From positions 22,419,455 to 22,483,454 of the forward strand of contig OZ316897.1 in NCBI GenBank assembly GCA_973895155.1: a DNA stretch of 64,000 nt, in the 5' to 3' direction. The notes beneath the pieces were generated by a model. That model did no database searches. It was not told the DNA's origin and saw only the letters and a program-made list of their open reading frames with translations. The position numbers and the translations under genes are program-made. Below, in pieces: positions 12,949-24,965 of this stretch (within the stretch, counting starts at the first letter, position 1; every line of letters starts with the position of its first letter). This DNA comes from Marsupella aquatica (lineage: Eukaryota > Plantae > Marchantiophyta).

Positions 12949-14764
12949 ATATCTTGCGTTTGCTGCTGTTGCTGAGAGAAACCAATAAAATACAAGGAAG
13001 AATACAGTGGTTACGAGTGGATCATGAGGTTTGCGATGACTGATGAGGTGATGTGCAGCCGCAGCAAAGGCGTTCGCGGTGGTGGGATTGTGCTGAGTTT
13101 GCAAACTTACTACACTGCTGCAATCCACTAGTGGACACGAACCCTCGCTGCTGCTCGCCTCTCCTGTCCTCTCCAAACTTATATGTGAAGCTGCAGTACG
13201 CCACCCGAGCTGTTGTTGATTGAGAGCGCAATTGATTTCGCTACTCTGCGGCTGATGCTGGATACGTGCTGCCTGCCTGCCTACCTGCCTGCCTAGCCTA
13301 CCAATCGGTTGTCGTCGTGGACTCGCGGAACATCCATCCTTATAGCCATATCTCTGGGTGCAGACTTGTTTCTCCGTGGAGACGATACTACACGCGAGAT
13401 ATCCATTTGTGTCTGTCTGCCTCTGCCTCTCGTCTCACTGGTGAGCGCTCTGGAGAGAAAGGATCGAATCGTGTGCTGTGTGCAGTGAGAAAAATCTGGT
13501 GCGAATGCCCTTTCGCGTTGCTAGTTGTGACTCGATCGATTGTGCTTGCCGCTGTCGATAAAGCTCCGTCTTGTGTGGTGCCGAGCTCGTTGCATTGTGG
13601 GGTCAGGTTGCCGTATGATTTGCTTCGCGTTTTGAGAGGGTCTCGTATCATTCCGAGGATTCACCGCTAGAGGGAAAAAAACTATTGACGGAGTGTGGAC
13701 GATGTGGATTGAAGCCGAGAGCGCAATCACAGTATTCTTGTAAAGTCACGATTCTGTGAAGGAGGGTTTGGGCGATTCGGGTGGATGTCTTAAAGTTGTT
13801 CGGGTGTAGCTCTGTGGTATAATCGGTGCGTACGAGTTTAATCTTCATTCCGCGGTATTCTAGTGCCTGTGTATGAAGCTTAAGCTCCACAGCTCCCTCC
13901 GCGCATTTCCGCATCCTCTCTTTCTGCCTTCGCAACGGCTTCGTCATTACCGCCCCCGACATTTCGCAGTTCTGTACTCTCCCTCTTCACCCTTCAACTC
14001 CACCTGGGTGTTGGACTGCAACTGACGCTTATCCTGCTGCTGCTGAGTGAGCCTCCTCCGACTTCGTTGCCTTTACGATCATAGTTTCTGGGAGTGAAGA
14101 AGAGGTTGTGTGGTAGTCGTGTGGCGAAGGAGCTGATTGAGCTCCTCCATTGGAATCGGTGAATCTGAGGCACTCTATGGGTAACGGGAGCACCTTCTCG
14201 ACGTCTTCAGTCTCCGCGCCTGCACTCTCTCTCTTCTGAGCGGCCAGCTCTCCTGGTCACTTTCTTTTGAGCGGCGGTTCCTCCCCAACCGACACGCTGG
14301 ACATCACATGAAAATATGTCTTCCGAGGTCATCTGATCTCCTCGCCTCTTCCAATCAAAAGCTGCCTTGCGCTGTGAAGTCAACGCTCTTCCTCGCGGCT
14401 CGGCTCGGCTGGGTTCCGATCTGATTAAAGAACGAGGGTGTGATTGCTGCTGCTGCCAACGCCGATTTATCTTCGCGCTCGAGATTCTATGGCTGCCCAG
14501 TTTACCTGCTCTGCATCGACCGTGGAGTCACCGTCGTCGTCGATGTCCTGAGTGGGAAGGAGGAGCTTTGCTTTGGCCTGGAGGTATTTTTGCTTTTTTT
14601 CTGTACAGATTCATTAACATCACTGCCGGAAGACGGAAGGAAGATTCCCTTTGGGAAGGAAGGAAGAATCACCCAGTTCACGAACCGAGATTACAGGTGG
14701 TCGCGCTTGAGAAGGAAAAGTAGATATCAGGAGCCAGCGCTACAGCCCGAAAGCTGGTCTCAGC

Positions 14765-17700
14765 ATGCTTGAAAACTCCCACTTGAGCATGCCCAATATT
14801 GTTACGCAATATTGCCCGGATTTATCTCTTCAGATAAGCCCACCGTGCAGCAGCAACACTCCTTTCCTACTCAAGCCCCAGAAAATTCCTGACAAGATCG
14901 ACGACGACCGAGGGTTCGACTTATGGAAGGCAACTTCGAACCAGCACTGTCAGCAGCAGCAGCGACCTGCGACCAGCGTGCTGAGTGAGAGCTCCAGCAA
15001 CTGCAGCAGTGCCAGTGACAACCTCACGAGTCACCCAGATGGAGCGTCGACGAAATTGTGTCTTGCCAATCCTTCTTCCTCTCGTCTTCCAGAAGTGAAC
15101 AACACCAACAACTCCAGAGCAACCTTGATTCCAAGTTTCCGCAAAGAAGGTGGTCCTAAGCAGCCACCTCCAGCAGGTCAGATAATACATCAGGCCAGCC
15201 AAGCCCCTCCTTTCCTTCAGGATTTACACGCGGCCAAGCCCGCGGATTCCACCACACTCTTCTGCAGCAACAATGGTCCATCGAAATCGATCTTTCTCGC
15301 CCCTTTCCGATCAGACCTCAACGCCAAGTTCGAGCCTTCCACGGGATACAGCAATAGCACTGGCAACGCAGGAATGTGCTACTCAGGTTTCAACCAGCAG
15401 GATGTGCAGAAGCAGCAGCAACCAATTGACCCCAAAAGCGGAATTCCTAGTCGCAGCGGAGGGCGAATGGAGATCAGTAGTGGAGGGGATAACTTAGTCA
15501 ACATGGGGTTGCGGGTTTCCCCACCCACCTTCAACCAGACTCATCTCCCTTACGGCAACCCCAACAATGGTAGCAATGGGAGCATCAGCGTGAGAAATTC
15601 GCCTCACCGTGGCCATAGTGATACATCCGAGGCTCCCTTCTCACAAATTTTGAATCTTTCGGCGACTGGGAGTCATTTCTCCAACGGGGAAGCAGCAACT
15701 GGTAGTCACTCGGTGGTAGCGGAGAACAATCACCGCCTGAATCTTCTCATGAACAAAGTCACAGACGATTTTTCTTCCGTTAGTCCTGCAGCCAATGTGG
15801 GGTCCTCTTCCATGACACCTCAACTCAGCACAGGCCCCCGCTCTTCCGCTAATGCGCCACCCAGCGCTGGTCTGCTGGGCGATTCACAGAGCAGCGTGGT
15901 TCGTTCCAGATTTATGTCCAAGATACCGACGAAGAGGAGCATGCGAGCCCCCAGAATGCGCTGGACCAGCACACTTCACGCCCACTTCGTGCACGCGGTT
16001 GAGCTGCTTGGCGGCCATGAAAGTAAGTGCTTTCTCTCCACCTTTTCTGCAAATAGTCATTGCTGTAACTCTCAGAAGAGAAGGTAATCGTTTGCCTTTC
16101 GTGATCGTTCGTTTGCAACTACTCCAATGAAAGACTATCGGATGTTTTCTGCTTGCAACGACGGGGTTCTCCTGAACACTTCCGATGTGCTATCTAGAGA
16201 CGGAGTTGAAGTCATTAGATGCCAACGTACTTTTCGTGTGTGGAGTCATTCGCGTAATTGCATCAGACATTCAGTGTGGGTACCGATACACGGCGGGGCC
16301 CCGTGCGCGGAAGCATTCTGTTTGTGCTCGTGGACAATGGCTTGTGTGGCAGTTTGTTCGTGACCTAATTATGTCGATGGGACTCATATTTGTCAATGTC
16401 AAATCTTAGTTTATTTTGGTGGACTTGGTAGTACGACTCGGTGGCTACCGTTAATGATGAGATTCTTGTCTGAAAGTGTTATTCCAAGCACAGTATGTAC
16501 TACTTCTCCACCGAGCTGAGTTCTGGACTCTGGTGTCTCGTCCTTCTCATCCTCTAAGATCGATTCATACAGCATTGACGAGGGCTGTGGTGACTGTCAT
16601 GTGGTGTTATCTCAGGAGCAACGCCGAAGTCTGTGCTAGAGCTGATGAATGTCAAGGACCTTACTCTGGCGCACGTCAAAAGTCATTTACAGGTCAGCGC
16701 TTGTCCCTTTGTCCTCGACGAAGTACTGCAGCAGTTCACATAGTTTTCTAGCTCGTACGCTTTGGTATATTTCTGTGTTAGAATTGAAAACATTGTGAGG
16801 ATGTCCACAAGAGTGATCAGATTGGTTCTTCTTGAGCCCATGCTTGAACCCGTTCAGAGGGTGAGTACTGCTGTAGAGTTGGAAGACTAGATCTTGACGC
16901 TGTAAGAAATGTCTATTGCAGATGTACCGCACGGTGAAAACGACGGACAAGCCAAACAATCCTTCAGGTACTGTCTGTGATCCAATTTAGTGTCTGTAGG
17001 CTTCCCCACAATCGCGTTTTGATTTTCGAGGTTGGAAGAAGTGACTCACGATCTGTGCAGGTCAGGGAGAATCGTCAAGCGAGATAGTTACTGGTGGTCG
17101 GAAGGCCGACGATAGTGCGAACCCGATTGTGGTAGACTCCGACTCCGGAGGGCAAGAGGGCGACACTCTTGGGGAGTCAGGTAGCGACGATGCTCACCAC
17201 GGAGGAAGTCTTTTTTCTTTGCACGTTAAGCAGCCGCTCCAGGAGCACCCCACGAACTTGTGGGCCAACCCTGACAGGTAAATTGTTTTGAACTGACAAG
17301 GAAGTGCTGCCCCACCACCTCTGATCTACTGTTGGATGGCCATTATATCGTGCCTTTCGTCACACATTCGTCAAAAGATTCAGATTGCCTGTCGCGCTTA
17401 CCTGTTTTAGCAAGTAGTCTGTTTTGTCGAAGTCTGCACCCTTGGCTGAGTAATCTGTTATTAAAGAACTAGTTTTTGCCTCCCCACTGAATACTCGTGG
17501 TGCCGGCCCATCTCTATGTAGTCTGGAATATATATCCGAAGTCTCTCGTCTCGTCGAGATGCTGTGAGTGTCGGTGTAGACATTTCAAAGTTGGATGTCT
17601 TCCACATTAACTAACTTTTGCTATGTGATCAGTATCGGCCGAGGGGTTTGGTCAACACGAGAGGTAGCCAAAACGGGTGGCTTTCTCGGGAGGCAGGCTA

Positions 17701-18621
17701 GCAATTCTAGCGAGGCAGGTTCGTGGCAGCCCAGCACTATTCCTGTGCCCAGCTTTAAGGTACTGCCTCACCATGTGGCAAACCATGCAATCTCTCATCA
17801 AGTACCCCTGTCTCATTCTGCGACCTGGGTATGGCTGTCCATGTACTCTTTGCCTAGAGTCTATGTGCCAATTTGGGGAGCGATATCTGTTGCCACATAA
17901 TCTGGAATATCGAGTGGGTGACCTACAATTGGTTTTCTCTTATCGTTTTCAAGTGTGCCCGTCATCATTATGGCATCGGAAGGCCGCAGCGCACCACTGG
18001 TTGCTGCTGTAGACTGGGGAAGGGGGACTCCAGCTCCGGTCAAAAGGAATCGGATATTGTTGTTACTTATCAGCTCCTAGCTTTTAGCAACTAGGGGCGC
18101 CATAGATTGGGACGACCTCTGTTCATCTCACTTAATATTTAATTGTTTAAAGAGCTGAGGGTGTGATGCCGATTGAAATTTGGTGGTCTTGCGCTAGTCC
18201 CGGCGGTAGTTTAACTACCTATGGATTCTGATCTATATTGTGAATGATTGATGATTTTTTATTGCTGGTCGGGATACATCTCGTGAGTGATTGATGGAAT
18301 TTTGGCTCATGTACTCAGGTGAGAGATGGAGCAGCGTCCGGACATTACGGCCATGGCATGATGTTGGAGCAACCGGCACACTACGATTCAAACATGGTGG
18401 AAGCCGTGGCTTGCAATTCGGTGCAGTCAGTGAGCCAGCGTCTGCAGTTTGCCGGTTCTTCTTCAGCCCTCTCGCATCTCGTTTCTTCTCAGATGACCAC
18501 TCAGCACCATCAGCACCATCACATCACCAAGGTGCCCAATTTGGAGTTCACGCTCGGAAGACCAGGGTGGCATGACCACGCCGATTCACCACCGACTGAG
18601 CTGTTGCTCCTCAAGTGTTAA
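14765..18621 (+). CDS. KANADI: KANADI-family GARP (Myb-like SHAQKYF class) transcription factor, ~675 aa; exons 14765-16022, 16616-16692, 16922-16967, 17061-17277, 17633-17759, 18319-18621
   Basis: N-terminal PDLSLQISPP; GARP domain [62 protein letters not shown] across a 77-bp exon; LWAN motif; C-terminal PNLEFTLGRP and LLLKC*. All introns are GT-AG and the frame is preserved (2028 nt). Confidence 0.95.
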
Positions 18622-19263
18622 ACGTTGTTATTTTGCTGAACAAGCTAGCAAGAAACTATGAGTCTCGCTCTTGATTTCCATTAACTGTGAAGGAAGCTTG
18701 TAGGATTGAGTGCTAGTGACTTTGGACTCCTGTTTGACTATGCTTAAGCGAACTACGTATTGGTTGGTGCCTGATAATATAAATACGTGTCGATGTGTTA
18801 GTGAAGTGACAAGCCTCTGATCTGGGATAATATAACATTCCGTTGAAAATGTTCCTGAGGCGCCGACGGAGAGGGAATGAGAGGTGAGAAGAGTGTGTGC
18901 GTGACAGGTCTGCGGGGACAGGCAGAGTGTAGAGCGAGAGCTACCTTTTTATCTTCTACCTTGGTACATATAAATGAGTCCGGCAAAGGTACAGCTGAAT
19001 GTGTGCGTTCTACTCTATATACAGACCTGTTGTTATTAAGGTATTGACTTGTGTACACTCGACGTTCTTGCTTGTTTTTCCCTTCGATATCTGAGCTATC
19101 CGTTTCCCTTTGGAGTAGAGGCATCCAGAGCCGCTTCCTGCATCGCTCTAGGTCGCCTCATATAGGTATGCCAAATTCTACAGTACGAAGAGCACACCTT
19201 GCACCGTCGCGATTGAGCAACCCACAGGGCAACGGATGGGAAGTCCTCACTTACAGTAAAACT

Positions 19264-19324
19264 GGGCACCAAACTTTTAATGGATTGGGAAAGGGGGCAC
19301 CAAATTTTAATGGATTGGGAAAGG
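19264..19324 (+). repeat. 31-bp tandem duplication
   Basis: GGGCACCAAA(C/T)TTTTAATGGATTGGGAAAGG x2. Confidence 0.85.
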
Positions 19325-21045
19325 CTGTGTACTTCGGTCGATTTGAGGCTACACTGTGTCGGTGACCGAGGAGCTAGAGAAGTACGGAGTTGACCTAAGA
19401 GTGAGTGTATTCATTCACAATCGGCTCCTAAGTGACCGGGTTTCAGTCCAGTAAAGCAAGAGCTTTGTCGACCATTGCCTTGGTTGAAGGACTGTACGCA
19501 AGCAGTCTTGGCAGATATACATCTACTCAATATGGACACCAATACAATACAACATTCACACATGAGGCCTGAGAATCTGAGAGGGTAGTCTCTCATGATA
19601 TTCCCCCGCCCACATTGACAGCTGATGACATCGGGCTCATTATGACATTCGAAGGGATATATATACAATAATACTGTACACCATGTTGACAATCCTCCAT
19701 CGTGGTAAGTACTGCTTTCACTATTGACGAAAGGAGTGCGTTTTCGCACCCACTTGGACTCTGGGGGTTTGATTTAGAAAGAAGACAATCCGATCTAGAG
19801 GTACCTACAGTAGCTGCCGTAGCCATAGATAACTTTTGACGCGCAGACTTACTCCGTGGTGCAGCGCAGACTTCACTCCCTGGTGCAGCTGTGCTGCATG
19901 AGAAATGTCTTTTGCACACGCGAGTGCCGTCTTTTGCCAGGCGCCCCCATCCACAGCGGTGACAGAGCCCGTGTCGTTAGTGGCGGGCACTGTAAAGTAC
20001 TGGCCTGGTGGAAATCTGACTGGGAAAGACCTACGCAGAGTAAGGCATCTTTCCACCCATCCATCATTGCACATTTCTGGTTTTGTACCTTGAGATTCCC
20101 AAAACAACGTCATCGCAAATGTAGGCACGGCTTTGTCGTGCCTGAGATGATTGAAGGCCCCGAAGATATCTGAAACGCGAATAATTCTTCCAAGTTCCAA
20201 CGTAGCGACAGTGGGAAGAGTTGCCTGGCTAGCTTAATGAGGCCCAAACATCAACTAAGCCTCCTAACTTCGTTGATGGGTAAACTGCTTGCTCGTGTCT
20301 TTTACAGAAATAGGAATGATGAAAAGCAAAATTGACTAGTGGTGATTCTGCCGGTCACGTATCCTGACCAGGCAGCCAGTAACCTTACCTTGTTTCCCAA
20401 CTATTCATCTCTAGTCCAGCTTCATGTCTTAAGAGTGAACTAAGATTGCCGGGCCTTCAATCAACCGATGAGAAGTGTCCCAGTCGATCATCAAGCCCTA
20501 TGCAAGTGCAGTCACCTGGCCATCGATAGTAGTTGCCATCGTGATCCTTTATTTCGTAAGAAACAACCATTCCCAAAGTTCTTATCGTCAAGGGCTCGTT
20601 CATGAGTTGATTATAATTCTTTACAAAGCGCCTGACGACAAATTATACAACTTTTATCTCGACAAACCTTCATATTCCCATGGCTGCTAAGGCAAAGAAC
20701 GGATCAACATGGCAATACAGCTAATGCCACGCAGAAGGAGGGCGCATATATAATCTAAAAGAAACCAGAGCGAGTAACGTGGTGGACATAGTTGATCTTG
20801 GCTGCTAGATCTTCGGTGAGATCTTTTGATGTCGGGTCTTTTATATTCCTCAGAATGCTTTAATAAACCTTACGGCATTACCTTATATATATAGATTATA
20901 TATACCCTTATTCCTCAGAATGAGTGGAAGAGAAGTAACTGAGTACACTGTCTAGGGCGATGTAGATAAATTCGCAGTACTCGGAGGACTCAGAATCAAT
21001 CCGTCACATCCCTCCATGCGAGCGTTAACCTTTCAGAGGATGCCG

Positions 21046-21457
21046 GGGCTACACACGGCCGACATAAGATTGAACTGCGCACTGTCTGGCAGTCAGATCT
21101 ATCTTTCCGAGCTAGCCTGAGTGCTCTCAATGGAGAATCTTGTGCAATTCCTACTTAGATACTGATAATACTTACCTTGCATTTGTACAGTTGGGCCCCG
21201 TTCAATAAAGTGGTTCTTTCGATTCGAAGAAGAATTTGGTCGAATGGTGTAGGGCTACACACGGCCGACATAAGATTGAACTGCGCACTGTCTGGCAGTC
21301 AGATCTATCTTTCCGAGCTAGCCTGAGTGCTCTCAATGGAGAATCTTGTGCAATTCCTACTTAGATACTGATAATACTTACCTTGCATTTGTACAGTTGG
21401 GCCCCGTTCAATAAAGTGGTTCTTTCGATTCGAAGAAGAATTTGGTCGAATGGTGTA
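21046..21457 (+). repeat. Apparently perfect 206-bp tandem duplication
   Basis: GGGCTACACACGGCC...CGAATGGTGTA at 21046-21251 and again at 21252-21457; no differences seen by eye. Confidence 0.95.
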
Positions 21458-21954
21458 AGCTGCCTGGATTCCATCCCATTACTGTACTACAAGACTTTGA
21501 ATACTTGGGTAATTGTACTACTACTTGTGCTATTTTCAGAGTATCTTATATATATAAATATATTATCACACTCCCAATGAGAGTAAAACCTGGAAACTCA
21601 ATAAAGAGGGAAAAACAATCAGAACTCAATAAAGGCGTAAACCAATTAAATCTGAGACTCAATAAAGGGGAGAAAATGAGGGGAAATTTACTGTAGTAAG
21701 ACCAAATTACATGTCTGACCAAATTATATGTCCAGAATCTAGATAGTTATTTGCAGGCTTTCCTATGTAGGGCCAGAATTATGATAAAGCTAGATCTCCA
21801 AAATTGAAAAGGGAGCAGGCCCACCTACTCGATCTACTTAAATTGCCTTCCACACCTTGCAGGGCTTCTTTTGAGTTTCCTTTAGATGACAGTCCCTCAG
21901 AAAATATATATCACACCGACTCTCAAAAAACAAAAAGAGTATATACCTAGCTGA

Positions 21955-22011
21955 CAGATAGGATCAAAGGCCGGAGACCCAATCAGATAGGATCAAAGGC
22001 CGGAGACCCAA
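21955..22011 (+). repeat. 29-bp-period tandem duplication
   Basis: AGATAGGATCAAAGGCCGGAGACCCA x2. Confidence 0.85.
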
Positions 22012-22260
22012 GAAAGGGAGGAAACCATGGAAAACCCCAAGAAGCCCAAATAGCCAGAACCCTGAAAGTCCCCATCAATGCCAAAAGAACAAAAGCAGAT
22101 TGAGCTACAAACTGAAAAGTCTGATGGTGCTCTAGAGTAAAACATGTAAGACGTGTTTTGGGAGGAAAATTTGTCTAGGAGCCCTGAACCTACAGCCTCA
22201 ACTCTAGAAAAACTAACCAATGCCTGAGCGCTCTGTAATGCAATAGAAGCCTGCCAAATG

Positions 22261-22603
22261 TGTTGAGCATAGACGACACTCGCAATGGTAAGCACATGAC
22301 ACATCCAACGCACAAGTAGTCGATACAAGAGATACGTGGTTCACCTCCTCGAGACTACGTCCATGGAAACACACAGGAGAGCTTTACTGAACTCTAAGTC
22401 CGTCGGCCATACCAAGTCTCCACAGTGTAAGCTCTTCTCATCTCTCAAGTGGCTCCATAACAATGAGCTTAAGTTCCACTTATCCAAGCAAACACCGTTT
22501 GGCATATAGTGTGCATCCTAGTTAACCTAACCACGTCTCTAACTATGGTTAGCCTAACTACGGTTACATGTCGTAACCCTAGACCTTGAGTAAATACCTA
22601 ACA
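22261..22603 (-). mobile_element. Solo LTR (343 bp) of the same Ty1/copia family as 36606-43136
   Basis: TG...CA ends; flanked by 5-bp TSD AAATG (22256-22260 and 22604-22608). Its reverse complement aligns along R/U5 with the LTRs at 36606 and 42716 (e.g. GCTCATTGTTATGGAGCCACTTGAGAGAT, GGAGGTGAACCACGTATCTCTTG, GTCGTCTATGCTCAACA). Confidence 0.93.
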
Positions 22604-24594
22604 AAATGGAGTCCATGAAGACACAAAAAGTGCCTATTTTGGATACGAGTTCCCGAAAGGCATGAAATAGGTGGGGTGGAGAGACAGGGTGTTACTACTG
22701 TATACTAACAAATGAACATGTGGATGTTTTTATTTTCTTTTATCTTTTTTTTGTTTTGAATAAATGCTTTACTAACCAGCCCTGATAATGTTTTTGTTTT
22801 GGTGTGAGAGGCCAGTCTGAAGTTGACCCCAAAAAATAAGGGGAAAAGAAAGACCTGAGTTGATTTTGAATGGAACCTCTGAATCATGTCCATGTGCATG
22901 CAAAGTAGATTCAAACCTCACAACGTCACTAGCTAGAGTGACAATTAGTTCAACATGATTTAAAGACGGGGCTAAAACATGCATGAATATCATAGAACGG
23001 ATATCTTATATTTTTCAACCATTAAACCTTCTTTTCAATCTAAATTTGATTTCAGACTGAACTATTTTTATTTTTATTTTTAACTTCTTTCGGTGATGTC
23101 CTGGTTACTTTTCTTAGAGGGTAGTGAGGTGCCAAACCTAGGACTTGTTGGTGTCCTTAATTAGAACCCATGGAGAAGATTACTAAGCTTTCTCCTTGAA
23201 TTCCCATCGTCCTGTGAGAAAAAAATACGTGAAAGACATGAACCCACAATCTAACCCTGACCTTTGTTGGGAGATAATCCATTTCTGGAATAGTCACTGC
23301 GGTGAACTTTGCAAAAGAACACTCCATACAATTGAAATCCCTCCTATAGTGCAGCTGGAAATTGCACTTATGGCCCTTGTGCTTGTAGGATAGTGTAGCA
23401 CTGTCTCTAAACAATCTAACAAAACAAATGAATCCTATGAATGAATTGTTAAGAGCTATGCAGGTTGGACATATGCATTCCTTAAGCAATCCCACCGTCA
23501 AACTTGATAATTGCAGTGTTTTCAGAGCCAATTTGTTATGTACGTTTCCGTAAGGATAACTATATGGATGAGTGCAAAATGGATTGGATTGCACCGACAA
23601 TGTAGTGCAATCCCCATTTAGGTGCATTTCATATGCAGAGGTCAATTTGTTCAAGATGCTTGATTGCCCGTACATTAGTTAATGGTTGATATTTATTAAT
23701 AAACTCCCAACACTATTGGTTGGTATGGATTATTGGGAAGGCACAACCCACTTGGACAAATGCTACCGTAGCACTTCTCTCTTACATTGACAAGCCTATG
23801 GATGAGTTCTCAATCTCGTCACACCATTAAGTTAAAATGCCTCATTATGGAACTGAAATCAAGGCTTGCTATATGGGGATTAGTATTTATTACTAGACTT
23901 GTGTGAAACGGTCAACTTAAACGTGGACCCTACTTTGTTGTTTATCATGCAAAATGTATGCAGATCCCTTTCATTTGGATATTTTGCTGAGCTGGCCATC
24001 TTCACTGTCACCCTAGATTCTTGTGGGAGACAATTTACTTCACCTTCAGGTTTCCCCTGTCACCGTTTGAGGTGGGGGATGCAGGTATCAGGTTTGCATC
24101 CTAATTGGGACTGTTTTGACACAATTCACACATAGCACTGAACACTTCCAAAAAATGGCATTAACGTAATTGTGCAAGCAAAGTACTGTTGGACTGGCAT
24201 AAACTCACTTCTAGGGACTCCTCTCACTGAGTGTTAGCACTACATTTGGATGCCCATTGTCAGCCCTCGTGTCTCCTGCAAGGTGATTCTAAGCCACTCC
24301 CATTCATATTGTGTTGTTTTTTCTAGTGACCTACTATGGACATGTGAGCTTGTTATGATATCGTGGATTACTAGGAGCTAGATTCTTGCAGCCATTTGAT
24401 TGTCTTGTGTTTCCATAGCATGAATTGGTGATTTTCATCCATCGTCCTTGTGGATTTATTTTTTAGGTCTCCCATGTTTGATTGAGGAAAATGTGTGCAC
24501 ATTCCATGTTGGAAGTACTCTTCTCAACGGATGACTATCAACAACTCTAGGTAGGAATTAATTGCATCCACGTAGGAATTAGATGCACGTCATT

Positions 24595-24965
24595 AACGTG
24601 ACACCAAAATTCCAAAATTAGAGTGACACACTATTGTGTGAACATTTAAAAAAAAAATATCAAATCACACTAAGTATGTTGAGTCACGCTTTTTGTGACA
24701 CCAAAATTAGAATCACACTAATTAAATATGTAAAGTCACGTCCTTTACTTTATGACACCAAAATTACAGTGACCGACACTAAATTATGTGAACAAATCAA
24801 ACTAAATAAGTATGTTAAGTCACACTTAACTTTGTATTGAGAGGCCCACTGAGTCTCATTCTCAGTATGCAGTATTCAAGGCGAAAACCTCAATTAGTGA
24901 GATTAAAAGTGTGAGTTCATGTCAGCTCAAATTAGAGTGACACTTGAAATAATGCGAGTCACTAT
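24595..24965. repeat. Array of TGACACCAAAATT / AGTCAC motifs, probably a non-autonomous DNA transposon
   Basis: TGACACCAAAATT at ~24599, ~24696 and ~24752; AATTAGAGTGACAC x2; AGTCAC motifs in the opposite orientation. Confidence 0.5.

Noticed and set aside
12464-13176. Overlapping 157-205-aa ORFs upstream of KANADI
   Set aside because: They lie in a GC-rich promoter block, are open on both strands and show no recognisable domain.
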